Assembly (NCBI GenBank): GCA_047284725.1
Contig: JBJBEO010000001.1
Location: 1,656,203 to 1,720,202, forward strand
From: Synechococcus sp.
GTDB lineage: Bacteria; Cyanobacteriota; Cyanobacteriia; PCC-6307; Cyanobiaceae
Direction: 5' to 3'
DNA length: 64,000 nucleotides
This document shows positions 20,466 to 30,987 of the stretch, piece by piece. A model generated the notes under the pieces. The model did not search any database. It saw only the letters and a list, made by a program, of their open reading frames with translations, and was not told the DNA's origin. Positions within the stretch are counted from its first letter, which is position 1; each line of letters starts with the position of its first letter. The translations under genes were made by a program, and so were the position numbers.

Positions 20466-22015
20466 AGATCCAGCTGCAGCTGTTCAGCTCCGCTGACGTC
20501 GCCTCCCCGGCGACGTCGTGTGCGCTGGCGAGCCCCTGTAGGGGGCAAACCGGCCCTGCGTGAGCCGTGGCGCTGCTGAATCGCATCAGCAATGCGATCA
20601 AACCCCGCCTCACGCCGAATCGCCCAGATGCGATCCTTCGCCTCCCGCGCAGCAACGGCCGGATCGACGAGCGGAGCGGGATAGTCGATCCCGATTCGAC
20701 AGCCCAACCGTTCCGCCGTGGCAGCATCCATGCGCCACGGCTCATGCAGGTAGACATCCGGCACCGACTTCAGTTCAGGACACCACTGCCGAATGAAACG
20801 TCCTTGCGGATCGTGATCCTGGCCCTGCTTGATCGGGTTGTAGATCCGGATCGTATTGATCGACGTGCTGCCCGACTGCATCTGGCACTGACTCCAGTGA
20901 ATGCCTGGTTCATAGTCCACAAACTGCCGAGCCAGATGCAGGCCGCTCTGCCGCCAGGGCAACCAGAGGTGATAGCTCGCAAACGACATCAACATGGCCC
21001 GCATGCGGAAGTTGATCCAGCCATGGGCACGAAGAGCACGCATGCAGGCATCGACAAACGGCACCCCGGTGCCCCCTCCCGCCCAGGCCTGAAAGCGAAG
21101 GGCATCCCAGGGCCTGATATCACGCATGAAGGGATGAAAATCGTGAAACTCAATCGCCGGTTCGCTCTCCAGCTTCTGGATGAAATGGCAATGCCAATGC
21201 AAGCGGGAGCCGAAACTGTTCACACCGCGACCGGAGACGCGGCGACTGGCCTGCACAACCTCCCGCATTGAAAGGCATCCCCAGGTGAGATAGGGCGACA
21301 GCCGCGAACAGCCCTCGAAGGCAAGCAGAGGGCTGGAGAGGCTGCGGGCATAGGCCTGCACCCGATGGTCGAGAAACTCTCTCAACGCGAGCTCTCCACG
21401 GTCGCGCCCGCCGCGCTGACGCTGGGGGCAAGGGTCGGGGTTGAGTTGCAAATCCTCTGCACGGGGAATCTCCCCCAGGGGAATTCCTGGCAGAGGCGTC
21501 AGCTGCTGAGGCGCGGGCGTGATCGGTTCGGCCATGCGTTCCTCCCATCGCCGAGACCAGCCGTCCCGTCGGCGCAACGCCCGGGTGACGCCGAACTGCG
21601 GAATCTCAATCCAGGGGATGGCATGGGTGCGGGTCCAGGCCTTCACCGCCCGATCGCGGGCATAGGTGAAGCCGTTGCCGGTTTCCTCATGGCTCCAGAG
21701 CGCTGCAATGGGGAGAGAGCGCCGGGCTCGCTCCAACACAGACACCACCTCGCCGGAGCGCACCACCAGTGGCTGCCCCAGAGCGGCCAAGGCAAGGCGC
21801 AACGCCTGCAGGGATTCCCGGCAGAACGCCCATTGCCGTGCCGATGCGTCGGTTTGCTGCCAGAACGCCGGTTCGACGATGTACAGCGGCAGAACCGGGC
21901 CGTGGGCACAGGCCTCCAGCAAGGGGCGATGGTCGACGCTGCGCAGGTCGCGTTTGAACCACACCAGTTGCAGCGGAGTGCCGCCGTCGGTTGAGGCTGA
22001 ATCAGGGGCGCTCAC
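20462..22015 (-). CDS. Cryptochrome/DNA photolyase family protein
   Basis: WFKRDLR, SRLSPYL, GWINFRMRAM, DYEPGIHW, RIYNPIKQ. Confidence 0.93.
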   Translation of the reverse strand: MSAPDSASTDGGTPLQLVWFKRDLRSVDHRPLLEACAHGPVLPLYIVEPAFWQQTDASARQWAFCRESLQALRLALAALGQPLVVRSGEVVSVLERARRSLPIAALWSHEETGNGFTYARDRAVKAWTRTHAIPWIEIPQFGVTRALRRRDGWSRRWEERMAEPITPAPQQLTPLPGIPLGEIPRAEDLQLNPDPCPQRQRGGRDRGELALREFLDHRVQAYARSLSSPLLAFEGCSRLSPYLTWGCLSMREVVQASRRVSGRGVNSFGSRLHWHCHFIQKLESEPAIEFHDFHPFMRDIRPWDALRFQAWAGGGTGVPFVDACMRALRAHGWINFRMRAMLMSFASYHLWLPWRQSGLHLARQFVDYEPGIHWSQCQMQSGSTSINTIRIYNPIKQGQDHDPQGRFIRQWCPELKSVPDVYLHEPWRMDAATAERLGCRIGIDYPAPLVDPAVAAREAKDRIWAIRREAGFDRIADAIQQRHGSRRAGLPPTGARQRTRRRRGGDVSGAEQLQLDL

Positions 22016-22388
22016 GCACTTTCAGATCACGTAAACGTTCATCGACCGAAGCCAGCAGTTCGATGGCGAACATCGGCGACTCCTGCACTGCAAAGAGAAA
22101 CTTCTCGCGATTCATCTCGATCAGCCGACAGGGAGTTTCGGCTGTGGCTGTCCCGAGACGTTGATGGTCATGAGTGACCAGAGCACCGGCACCGAACACG
22201 TCGCCGGCACGAATCAACTCATAGCCCTCCAGACCATCATCCGTTTTCCAGACAAGCCGAACGGTGCCCTCCAGCAGTCCGAACATCGACGCACCCGACT
22301 CCCCAGCCGAAAAGATCACCTCACCCGCCTGAGCTTCTCTGACCTCCCGTTTGGCGGCCAGAGCCCGCATGGTGTCCAGTGCATTCAT
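22002..22388 (-). CDS. Stand-alone cyclic-nucleotide-binding (Crp-like) domain protein
   Basis: GEVIFSAGE, GDVFG, R..TATA; no C-terminal HTH. Alternative start at 22415. Confidence 0.85.
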   Translation of the reverse strand: MNALDTMRALAAKREVREAQAGEVIFSAGESGASMFGLLEGTVRLVWKTDDGLEGYELIRAGDVFGAGALVTHDHQRLGTATAETPCRLIEMNREKFLFAVQESPMFAIELLASVDERLRDLKVRERP

Positions 22389-22422
22389 GGCGCCACCCTC
22401 AGAGCCTGTTGCCATTCAAACG

Positions 22423-22450
22423 AAAAGGCCCCCACGGCGTTGAGGGGGCC
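22423..22450 (-). terminator. Probable intrinsic terminator after tal
   Basis: Minus strand GGCCCCC-loop-GGGGGCC followed by TTTT. Confidence 0.6.
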
Positions 22451-22477
22451 CAGAGGATTGACGCCAACGACACGTGC

Positions 22478-23650
22478 TCAGGCCGGGGTCAGAGACAACG
22501 CTGCACCTAAGCCGGAGCGCACCTCCTCGGGTGTCAGTCGTCCGTCGTGATCCTGATCGAGGGCATCGAACACAGCGTCACTCCCCAACCACTCATCACG
22601 GGTGATGGAGCCGTCACCGTTCATGTCATTGAGCAGAAAGATCTCCTGAACGGCATGACGGAATGCAGCCCCCCCCTCGAGCTCAGCCAGGCGATGGGCC
22701 AACTGGGATTCCAGGGTTTCAATCGCCTTACTGAAGCCCTTGATGCCTTCGCCTAATTTGTCGGTCGCCATGCGGTCGTCGGCCATCATCGAGGCGAACG
22801 TGGGGGCATCAACATGAATCTGAGGCTCACCACCGACGGCATGCGCTCCATCCAGCTTGCGCTGCAGCGATGTCTCGGTCTTGCGCAACTGATCGAGGAG
22901 TTGGGGGGAAATGGTGAGCAGATCGCAACCGGCAAGCTCCACGATTTCGTCGGTGTTGCGGAAACTGGCACCCATCACCTCGGTTGTGTAGCCGTAGGTC
23001 TTGAAATAGTTGAAGATCCGGGTCACTGAGAGCACCCCTGGATCTTCCGCACCGGGATACGACTCTCGACCGGTCTCTGCCTTGTACCAATCGAGGATAC
23101 GGCCGACAAAGGGCGAGATCAGAGTGACACCAGCTTCAGCACAGGCCACGGCCTGACCGAAACCGAACAACAGGGTGAGGTTGCACTGAATGCCTTCTTT
23201 CTCAAGCACCTCCGCCGCTTTGATCCCCTCCCAGGTGGAGGCGATCTTGATCAACACCCGCTCATTACTGATGCCGGCATCGTTGTAGAGACGAATGAGT
23301 TTGCGTCCCTTGGCAATGGTGGCTTCGGTGTCGTAGCTGAGGCGTGCATCCACCTCCGTGGAGACGCGGCCCGGGACAATCTTGAGGATCTCTTTGCCAA
23401 AGATCACGCAGATCTCGTCGAGGGCCTCATGCACCACATCCTCGACTGGAGCATCACTGCCGAGCAGCCGGCGCGAGGCCGTCAGCGCCTCATCAATCAG
23501 ATTCTGGTAGGCGGGGATCTGAGCAGCCGCCAGGATCAGGGACGGGTTGGTTGTGGCATCCCGCGGCGTGAAGCGCCGGATCGCCTCCAGATCACCGGTG
23601 TCCGCCACCACAACGGTCATGGCGGAGAGCTGCTCAAGAAGGGAAGCCAT
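22478..23650 (-). CDS. tal: Transaldolase with C-terminal EF-hand pair
   Basis: [43 protein letters not shown] and [11 protein letters not shown]-hands. Confidence 0.97.
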   Translation of the reverse strand: MASLLEQLSAMTVVVADTGDLEAIRRFTPRDATTNPSLILAAAQIPAYQNLIDEALTASRRLLGSDAPVEDVVHEALDEICVIFGKEILKIVPGRVSTEVDARLSYDTEATIAKGRKLIRLYNDAGISNERVLIKIASTWEGIKAAEVLEKEGIQCNLTLLFGFGQAVACAEAGVTLISPFVGRILDWYKAETGRESYPGAEDPGVLSVTRIFNYFKTYGYTTEVMGASFRNTDEIVELAGCDLLTISPQLLDQLRKTETSLQRKLDGAHAVGGEPQIHVDAPTFASMMADDRMATDKLGEGIKGFSKAIETLESQLAHRLAELEGGAAFRHAVQEIFLLNDMNGDGSITRDEWLGSDAVFDALDQDHDGRLTPEEVRSGLGAALSLTPA

Positions 23651-23711
23651 GGATGGGAAGGTGGCTCTGGGTGCTCAACGTAGCCAGACCAGCTGAAGTG
23701 GCACCGCTTTA

Positions 23712-25538
23712 TCAGCCGGCCGGAACAGCGACTGGAGCGTTGGCAGGCTTCTGAGCGGTGGTTGAACCACTGGGGGGGATCCTTTCAATCACCAGGAGTC
23801 CATCAATGATTTTCTTGGCCACGGGAACCGCCACGGTTGAGCCATAGGCATTCCCTCCCTGGGGCTCGTCGACCACCACCAGCACCACATAGCGAGGGTC
23901 TTCAATCGGCAAGGTGGCCACAAAACTGCAGATCTTCGCTCCAGGGACGTAGATGCCGTTGAGGGCTTTCTGGGCCGTTCCCGTCTTGCCACCGATGCGA
24001 TAACCGGGCGTCCGCACTCCCTTGCCACTCCCTTTCTCGACAACGGATTCCATCCAAGCCAGCACGGTGCGAGTCACCTCGGGGCGCATCAGCGGTGTCC
24101 CCTGAGAGCGATCACGGCTGGCAACACCATCGCCGGAGCGAAGGCCGCGGGTGATGTGGGGACTGACCATGCGGCCCCCATTGGAGAGGAGGGCATGGAG
24201 CTGCACCAACTTCAGTGGTGTGAGCGAAAAGCCCTGGCCGAAGGAGGCGGTGGCGGGCTCGATCGGATGCGTTGTGAACTCGTCCAATGTCTTGAGCTGC
24301 CCAGCCTCAGCACCGGGGAGGTCCGTGTCTGGCCGAGCATCGAGGCCCAACTTCGACAACCACTGCCAATAGAGAGAGGGCTTGAGATTGCGCATCGCCT
24401 GCACCATCCCCACATTGCTGGAGACCTGCAGCACGGTGGCGAAGTCGATCACGCCGTTGGCACCCTTGTCGTGGTTGAAAATCGGCCAGCCTCCGATCTG
24501 CAACTCACCGATATCGTTCACGGTGTCGTTGGCAGCAATCACCTTTTCCTGAAGCGCAATCGCCAGGTTGATGGGCTTGAAGGTCGACCCTGGCTCGTAG
24601 AGATCCTGCACCGACCATTCCTTGAACAGCGCGGGGGAGAACGCCCAGTAGCTGTTGGGGTCGTAGGTGGGAGTCGAGGCCAGCGCGAGCAGCTCGCCAT
24701 TGCGCACATCCATCACGATGGCGGCGCCCTTTTTGGCGTTCCATTGCTTCACCTGGTCGGCGAGGGCCTTGGCGGCAAGCTCCTGGAGACGCGCGTCCAG
24801 GGTGAGCTGCAGGCGAAGATCATCACCAAAGAACGCGCCCGGAGCAAGGTTGTCGGGAAGGGGGGTTCCATCGGCGCCCCTGCGCAAACTACGGGATTGT
24901 TCATGGCGCTGGAGATCGCCATCCCTGCTCTGCTCCAGGCCGGCCTGAGGAACCCGCTCGAGGTTGAGGAAGCCCACCACATTGGCGAACAGCTTGCCCT
25001 GGGGATAGACCCGATGGGGATAGGCCTCCAGATCGAGACCACTGATGCCCAGGCGACGCACCGCATCAGCGGTTTCGGGATCCAGCCCTTCCGCCAGGCG
25101 GATCCCTGAGGGGCGATTGCCCATGCGCTGAACCAACTCAGCCATCGGCACCGCCAGGAGTCCCGACAAGCGACGTGCGACGTCGAGAGGTTCACGCACC
25201 AGGGTGGGATCGTCGCCGGGAAAACGGAAGTTATTGGGGTGAGCCCAAACCCGGAAGCGCTCCTCATCAAGGGCCACCAAGCGCCCGGCCCGATCGACGA
25301 TCGGTCGTCGCTTGCCGAGGGGGTCGGTGCGCTGGGTCTGCACCATGCGGGCGCGGGCTTCAAGGGCGGAGGCCTGCATCACCTGCAACCAGGCCATCCG
25401 ACCCATCAGCCCCACCAGCCCAAGGCAGAGCAGGGCGAACACCCAGCGCAGTCGCGACGCCGGCACCGGCTCCAGAGGAATCACCCGTTGGCGCGGACGA
25501 CGACGCGGTCGCCGTTCAGCAGACGGGGGAACAGCCAT
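23712..25538 (-). CDS. ftsI: Class B penicillin-binding protein (FtsI)
   Basis: EPGSTFK (SxxK), SSN, KTGTAQK, N-terminal TM; start at MAVPPS. Confidence 0.92.
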   Translation of the reverse strand: MAVPPSAERRPRRRPRQRVIPLEPVPASRLRWVFALLCLGLVGLMGRMAWLQVMQASALEARARMVQTQRTDPLGKRRPIVDRAGRLVALDEERFRVWAHPNNFRFPGDDPTLVREPLDVARRLSGLLAVPMAELVQRMGNRPSGIRLAEGLDPETADAVRRLGISGLDLEAYPHRVYPQGKLFANVVGFLNLERVPQAGLEQSRDGDLQRHEQSRSLRRGADGTPLPDNLAPGAFFGDDLRLQLTLDARLQELAAKALADQVKQWNAKKGAAIVMDVRNGELLALASTPTYDPNSYWAFSPALFKEWSVQDLYEPGSTFKPINLAIALQEKVIAANDTVNDIGELQIGGWPIFNHDKGANGVIDFATVLQVSSNVGMVQAMRNLKPSLYWQWLSKLGLDARPDTDLPGAEAGQLKTLDEFTTHPIEPATASFGQGFSLTPLKLVQLHALLSNGGRMVSPHITRGLRSGDGVASRDRSQGTPLMRPEVTRTVLAWMESVVEKGSGKGVRTPGYRIGGKTGTAQKALNGIYVPGAKICSFVATLPIEDPRYVVLVVVDEPQGGNAYGSTVAVPVAKKIIDGLLVIERIPPSGSTTAQKPANAPVAVPAG

Positions 25539-25542
25539 GGGT

Positions 25543-25998
25543 TCAGTACCCCTGCTGAATCGGCTGATCAAGCCACGACTGGATCATGGCCAGCTGATCC
25601 GATGATGTCTGAGAGATCACGACATCAGGCTGATCGAGATACACCAGATTGGAGACCTGGGTTGGAACTACGACGCCGGGACGACTGGCCTTCTCCAACA
25701 GGTGACGCTCCAGCATCGCCGTGGACTCGGTGAGGCGATGGGACAGGTTGCGGGTGTCTTCCAACTGTTGAAACGCCAGGGTCCAGCGGTGCTGCCAATG
25801 CAGCGTGAGCCCCGAGAGGGCAACAACCGCCAGCACCACTCCACAAAGGGAACCATCCGCCACCCGGTGCAATCCAGCGAGCAAAGGGGATTGACGAGCC
25901 ACCTTCCGGGCCGACATCGAGCCCTGGATCAGCTCAAAGGCATCGGCGACTGCGGTCTTCTCAGCAGTCGCAATGCGTGGCTGGGGTACGGCGCTCAC
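25543..25998 (-). CDS. Bitopic membrane protein, FtsL-like by position and architecture
   Basis: One TM followed by a coiled-coil-like segment, directly upstream of ftsI; GTG start inferred. Confidence 0.6.
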   Translation of the reverse strand: MSAVPQPRIATAEKTAVADAFELIQGSMSARKVARQSPLLAGLHRVADGSLCGVVLAVVALSGLTLHWQHRWTLAFQQLEDTRNLSHRLTESTAMLERHLLEKASRPGVVVPTQVSNLVYLDQPDVVISQTSSDQLAMIQSWLDQPIQQGY

Positions 25999-26085
25999 GT
26001 TGCGATGGTTGGTCTGCGCCAGTGAACCATTCGCAGCCACCCCCCGCAAGCCTTCAAAGCCCCCCTGCACAAAGGCTTCGTCCTC

Positions 26086-27486
26086 TCAGGATCCAAGCAG
26101 AATCAAGTTGAAAAACGTGGCTGCATTCCAGCAGGCATGCATCACCACACAGGGCAGCAGCCGACCGGTGCTCAGACGCAACAGGGCCAGACCCATGCCA
26201 AGCACCAGCAAGGGAGGCAACTCGCCGATGCTGAGGTGGGCCACCGCGAAGACCAGACCACTGAGCAACACACCCCAGCCCCGTCCGAGCGCCCTGGCCA
26301 GCACAGGCAGCACCACACCGCGAAACACCACCTCTTCGAACAACGGCGCCAACACCACCGCGGTGAGAGCCAGCAGCACAAGAGCCAAGGGGTTGTCGCT
26401 GCGCAGCACCATCTCCAACAACGGATTGCTGCCGCCCGGATCGCCGACCAGGCGCCCCATCAACCAACCGGTGAAGACCACCGGCGGCATCACCATCAAC
26501 CAGCCGCGTCCCCCCTGCAGCAGGGCTCGCCCCCAGGGCCGGAGCCGCCACTGCAACCAACCGCCTTCCGGGACGTTGTCGGCTGGCAGAGCGCCGAGCT
26601 GGCTGCGCAGGATGACCAACGGTGGACTCGCCATGGTGATGTAGGCCAGCAACACGCCGATCGCCTGACCAAGGGCCCCTGGCTGGCCCAGGGACAGCAC
26701 TGCAATCACAGGGCTGACCAGAACGGGCAGAAGCACCCCACCGAGGAGAACAAACCCCCCAGCCACAAGGATGGTGATCTCCACCGGGGAAAGAAGCGGG
26801 CCCAGCAGCGGGGGCCAGGCAGGCAGCGCCCTGCGCCACCGCATCCAGAGATCGCGCAACAGCAGCACCACGCCGATCAACAGCGCACCGATGGGAAACA
26901 ATTGCGCCATGAGCAGCCGCTGGCTGGCGCGCACCGCTGCGACGGCATCCTCTGGAGTGGTGCAGCGGTCTCGACTGCCGCCGAGGGCTTCGCAGCTCAA
27001 CTGCCTCAGCAGGGGATCCAAGGCCGGATTCTGCAGCAACTGTGCGTGCGCATCCGACAGCGTCGTGGAGGGATCCGCCGTCGCCAGGGCCCGCTGCAGT
27101 GGCTCAAGGTCTTCGTTCTCCAGAGGGAGAGCCAGGGCTGCGACGCGTTCAGCCTGATCCTTGGTCAGCGCTGCGAGCAACAGGCGCTGGCGATCATCGA
27201 GCCGGTCGAGAGGCACCTCCAGCAGCGCTTTGAGGAGCTGCTTCGAAGGGTCAGCCCCAGCGAGAACGGGCTGAAGAGACGGCGGCAGGGCCGGCGCCGC
27301 GAGCACGGCCTTCTCCTGCTGCTGCAACGAGAGGGCCGGAGCCACGGACTCGCGGCTGAGGCTGTCTGTCAACGACCAAACCCAGTAGGTCATCGCCAGG
27401 AGGAGCGACAGGAGAGCCAGCAGCCCCTTGGGGGACCACCAGCGATCGGTCGGCGAAGACGTCAACGCAGGGGGAGCAACGTGCAC
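26086..27486 (-). CDS. CPBP (Abi/CAAX protease-like) intramembrane metalloprotease
   Basis: APLFEEVVFRG, FAVAH, HACWN; multiple TMs. Confidence 0.92.
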   Translation of the reverse strand: MHVAPPALTSSPTDRWWSPKGLLALLSLLLAMTYWVWSLTDSLSRESVAPALSLQQQEKAVLAAPALPPSLQPVLAGADPSKQLLKALLEVPLDRLDDRQRLLLAALTKDQAERVAALALPLENEDLEPLQRALATADPSTTLSDAHAQLLQNPALDPLLRQLSCEALGGSRDRCTTPEDAVAAVRASQRLLMAQLFPIGALLIGVVLLLRDLWMRWRRALPAWPPLLGPLLSPVEITILVAGGFVLLGGVLLPVLVSPVIAVLSLGQPGALGQAIGVLLAYITMASPPLVILRSQLGALPADNVPEGGWLQWRLRPWGRALLQGGRGWLMVMPPVVFTGWLMGRLVGDPGGSNPLLEMVLRSDNPLALVLLALTAVVLAPLFEEVVFRGVVLPVLARALGRGWGVLLSGLVFAVAHLSIGELPPLLVLGMGLALLRLSTGRLLPCVVMHACWNAATFFNLILLGS

Positions 27487-27582
27487 CGATTCTCACCGCT
27501 GGATCGAAGCCGCGACGGAGGCGAAGCGAAAAGGCGTGGATGGGCGCGCCAATACGATGACCCCGCCTTGATCTCATACCCG

Positions 27583-28914
27583 GTGTCTCTCCGTCTCCTT
27601 CTGGTGCGCCACGGCCTGAGCAGCTTCAACGTGGAGCGCCGCATCCAGGGGAGGGACGACCTTTCCATGCTCACGGCAGACGGTGAGGAGCAAGCGCGTC
27701 GCACCGGTGCAGCCCTGAAGGATGTGCCGATCACAGCGGCCTACTCCTCGCCGCTGAGGCGGGCCGCTTCCACCTGCGAAGGGTTGCTGAAGACACGCGG
27801 TGGCGACCTGACCCCACGGATGGACGAGGGTCTGCTGGAAATCGATCTCGAGCCCTGGAGTGGCATGAGCGCCGATGAGCGTGCTGCCCGTGACCCGGAG
27901 GCCTATCAGGCCTGGCGTTGCAGACCGGAAGAGCTCGAGCTGACACGCGCCGACGGCAGCCGCTACAAGCCGCTCCAGGAGCTGATGGTGCAGGCCAGGG
28001 ATTTCATCGAGCGCTTGCTGGAGCGCCATCCCATCGACGGCAACGACACCGTTCTTGTTGTGGGGCACAACGCCATCCTGCGTTGCCTGATGCTGGTGCT
28101 GCTCGGGGAACCCGTGGGTGGCTTCCGCCGACTCCAGATCGACAACGCCTCCCTGTCGGTGTTCAACATCAGTGCCAAGGCCGGCGGCGGCCGTCAGGTG
28201 CAGATCGAATGCCTCAACAACACGGCGCATCTGGGCCAGACCCTGCCAATGAAGGGCAAAGCAGCCCGATTGGTGTTGGTGCGCCATGGCGAAACCAACT
28301 GGAACCGCCAGGGTCGCTTCCAGGGGCAGATCGACATTCCCCTCAACCAGAACGGTCATGCCCAGGCCGAAGCCGCACGGGGCTTCCTGGAATCGGTGCC
28401 GCTTCAACGGGCCTACACCAGCTCGATGTCACGGCCGCGCCAGACCGCTGAAGGCATTTTGAAATCGCACCCGGGCGTGCCGATGACCGTGACGCGCGGA
28501 CTCGTGGAAATCGGCCATGGGCTCTGGGAAGGCAAGCTCGAGGAAGAGATCCAGGCGGAATGGGGCGACCTGCTCGAAGAATGGAAGCGCACCCCCGAGA
28601 CTGTGCAGATGCCTGAGGGAGAAACCATCCAGGACGTTTGGGAACGGTCCGTGAGCACCTGGGACACCATTGCCGCCAGCCTCGACGCCAGCGAGACCGC
28701 CCTGGTGGTGGCCCACGATGCCGTCAACAAAACCATCCTTTGCCATCTGCTGGGCCTGACCCCTGCCGACATCTGGGCTGTGAAGCAGGGCAACGGTGGC
28801 GTCACCGTGGTCGACATGCCCACCGATCCGGGCCAGCCTGCGGTGGTGACCTGTCTCAATCTCACCTCCCACCTCGGTGGGGTGCTGGACCGCACCGCCG
28901 CAGGAGCCCTCTGA
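27583..28914 (+). CDS. Histidine phosphatase family protein with two PGM domains
   Basis: Two RHG motifs (LVRHGLS, LVRHGET); GTG start at 27583, not 26137. Confidence 0.92.
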   Translation: MSLRLLLVRHGLSSFNVERRIQGRDDLSMLTADGEEQARRTGAALKDVPITAAYSSPLRRAASTCEGLLKTRGGDLTPRMDEGLLEIDLEPWSGMSADERAARDPEAYQAWRCRPEELELTRADGSRYKPLQELMVQARDFIERLLERHPIDGNDTVLVVGHNAILRCLMLVLLGEPVGGFRRLQIDNASLSVFNISAKAGGGRQVQIECLNNTAHLGQTLPMKGKAARLVLVRHGETNWNRQGRFQGQIDIPLNQNGHAQAEAARGFLESVPLQRAYTSSMSRPRQTAEGILKSHPGVPMTVTRGLVEIGHGLWEGKLEEEIQAEWGDLLEEWKRTPETVQMPEGETIQDVWERSVSTWDTIAASLDASETALVVAHDAVNKTILCHLLGLTPADIWAVKQGNGGVTVVDMPTDPGQPAVVTCLNLTSHLGGVLDRTAAGAL

Positions 28915-28918
28915 GTCG

Positions 28919-30193
28919 ATGCATCAGACCGTGCTGCTGGATCCTGTGCGCATCCTCATGGGTGCGGGGGAACAGCTGATCGAGCAGGGAGCCGCTCTGA
29001 TGGAAGACAACCGGATCGTCGCCTTCGGCGACGAGGCCAGAAAGCGCGCTGTTCAACAGGCCATGTCCGTCGTGGCTGCCCCCAGACAACTCCTGGCCCC
29101 CTGCCTGGTCGATCCCCACTCGATCCTCGAGGAGCCCTTCCAAGCGCACGGCGAGAACCTGCGCAGCCTTTGCCAGGCTGCTGCCCACGCCGGCTTCGGC
29201 CAGATCGCACTCCTGCCCACGGCAACAGCATGGAGGGATCGGACCGAGCGGTTGCAGGGGTTCAGCGCAACGGGCGATGTTCACATCCATCTCTGGGGAG
29301 CCCTGAGCCTGGAAGGCCAGGGGCAGGAGCTCAGCTGCCACAGCGACTTGATCGATCAGGGCGCGGTGGGGCTGAGCGATGGCGAGGCCATGCCCTCCAT
29401 GGGCCTGCTGCAACGGAGCCTGGTGCTGGCTGAAACCGGCAAGGCACCGGTCCTGGTGGCACCACGCGATCCCAAGCTTCAGGGCGACGGCATGGTGCGG
29501 GAAGGGGTCGAAACGCTGCGGGCTGGGTGGCCCATGGATCCGGTCGCCAGCGAAACCATCCCCTTCAGCCAACTGCTGGAGCTGCAAAGGCTCTTCCCCG
29601 ATCAGCGGTTGTGGGCGATGAATCTCTCCACCGCTGCTGCGGTTGAACAGCTGAGCCAGGCCACGGACAGACCAGATGCCAGCGTGCATTGGTGGCACTT
29701 GGTGATGGACCGTGGCCGCCTTGCTCCGACGGCCACGGGGTGGTGCATCACCCCCTCTCTCGGTGGAGCAAACGACCGGCAAGCCCTGATCGATGCGCTC
29801 AAGCAGGGCCTGATCGCTGGCGTTGCCGTTCACGCCGTTCCCCTTGACACAGAAGATTGCCTGCTGCCGCCGGGTCAACGCAAGCCTGGCCTGGCGGGGC
29901 ATCGGCTTGTGCTGCCTCTGCTGTGGAGAGCCCTCGTGGTGGATCAAGGCTGGTCTGAGCAGGAACTCTGGCAGGCCATCAGCTACGGCCCGTCGCAACT
30001 GCTGCAATGCCGTGAAGAACGACTCAGCCTCGGCAGCAATCGCTGGCTGTTGTACGACCCGGATCATCGCTGGACTCCCAGCCTCGACGATGACGACCCG
30101 TCTCAAGCCGCCAATCAACCCCTGCTCATGCAGGAGATCACGGGTGCAGTGGTGGCCTGTGGGCTCAGGAGCCCAGAGACCCTGACCGGTTGA
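28919..30193 (+). CDS. Dihydroorotase-like amidohydrolase
   Basis: APCLVDPH, AAAHAGF, HAVP; metal ligands look degenerate. Confidence 0.82.
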   Translation: MHQTVLLDPVRILMGAGEQLIEQGAALMEDNRIVAFGDEARKRAVQQAMSVVAAPRQLLAPCLVDPHSILEEPFQAHGENLRSLCQAAAHAGFGQIALLPTATAWRDRTERLQGFSATGDVHIHLWGALSLEGQGQELSCHSDLIDQGAVGLSDGEAMPSMGLLQRSLVLAETGKAPVLVAPRDPKLQGDGMVREGVETLRAGWPMDPVASETIPFSQLLELQRLFPDQRLWAMNLSTAAAVEQLSQATDRPDASVHWWHLVMDRGRLAPTATGWCITPSLGGANDRQALIDALKQGLIAGVAVHAVPLDTEDCLLPPGQRKPGLAGHRLVLPLLWRALVVDQGWSEQELWQAISYGPSQLLQCREERLSLGSNRWLLYDPDHRWTPSLDDDDPSQAANQPLLMQEITGAVVACGLRSPETLTG

Positions 30194-30908
30194 ACGGCCA
30201 GAAACGCCAGGTGGCCCGCCCCAGGATCTCGGAGTCGGGCACAAACGGTCCACCGGGCCAGTAACGACCGTCCCAGCTGTTGCTGCGGTTATCGCCCAAC
30301 ACAAGGACATGGTCCTCGGGGACCGTCACATTCAGGGTGCGGCAGCGAGTCATGCCCTTTTCATCCACGGGGCAGAACTTCGAAACATAAGGCTCCTCCA
30401 GACGCTCACCGTTGATGGTCACTTCGCCGCGAGGGTTGACCACCACCTCGTCTCCGGGAACAGCGACCACCCTTTTGATGTAGGCATCACAGGCGGGATG
30501 GGACAAGCCGGGGATCAATCCGAGCAAAGGAATGTTCGCGGCCAAACAACGCAAACCGGATGGGGAGGCCTGGGAGCTGAGGGCCGGATCAAAGGCGTAG
30601 GGAGAATTGAACACCACAATTTCACCGCGGCGAGGCTTACGCAAGCGATAGCTGAGCTTCTCCACCAGCAATCGATCATTGATCTGCAATCCCGGAAGCA
30701 TCGAGCCAGAGGGAATGAAGCGTGCCTCAGCCACAAAATGGCGAAGACCGAAATAGAGGGCGATCGTGAACAGAACTGGAGCCCAGAAATCCCAGAAAGG
30801 ATGAGCGGTCTTGATGGTGTGATCAGCGGTGGGCGTGACCTGGTGTTTCTGATTCGCATCCTCCCCTTGCTGAGGGGTGGATGACGCGTTCCCTTCCTCT
30901 TCGGCCAA
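30165..30908 (-). CDS. lepB: Signal peptidase I
   Basis: IPSGSMLPGL, YIKRVVAVPGD, LGDNRSNSWDGRYW. Confidence 0.96.
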   Translation of the reverse strand: MAEEEGNASSTPQQGEDANQKHQVTPTADHTIKTAHPFWDFWAPVLFTIALYFGLRHFVAEARFIPSGSMLPGLQINDRLLVEKLSYRLRKPRRGEIVVFNSPYAFDPALSSQASPSGLRCLAANIPLLGLIPGLSHPACDAYIKRVVAVPGDEVVVNPRGEVTINGERLEEPYVSKFCPVDEKGMTRCRTLNVTVPEDHVLVLGDNRSNSWDGRYWPGGPFVPDSEILGRATWRFWPFNRSGSLGS

Positions 30909-30987
30909 CTGAGCTGAACAACAATGGTCTACTCAGGATAGGCGTACCTGCCGTCAGCTTCTAGCCTGAACATCACTGACAGACGTT

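Noticed and set aside
22478..22650. EF-hands on transaldolase
   Set aside because: Known fusion in cyanobacterial transaldolases.
26137..27582. Apparent 925-aa fusion protein
   Set aside because: The first 482 codons lie almost entirely antisense to the CPBP protease; the phosphatase starts at about 27583.
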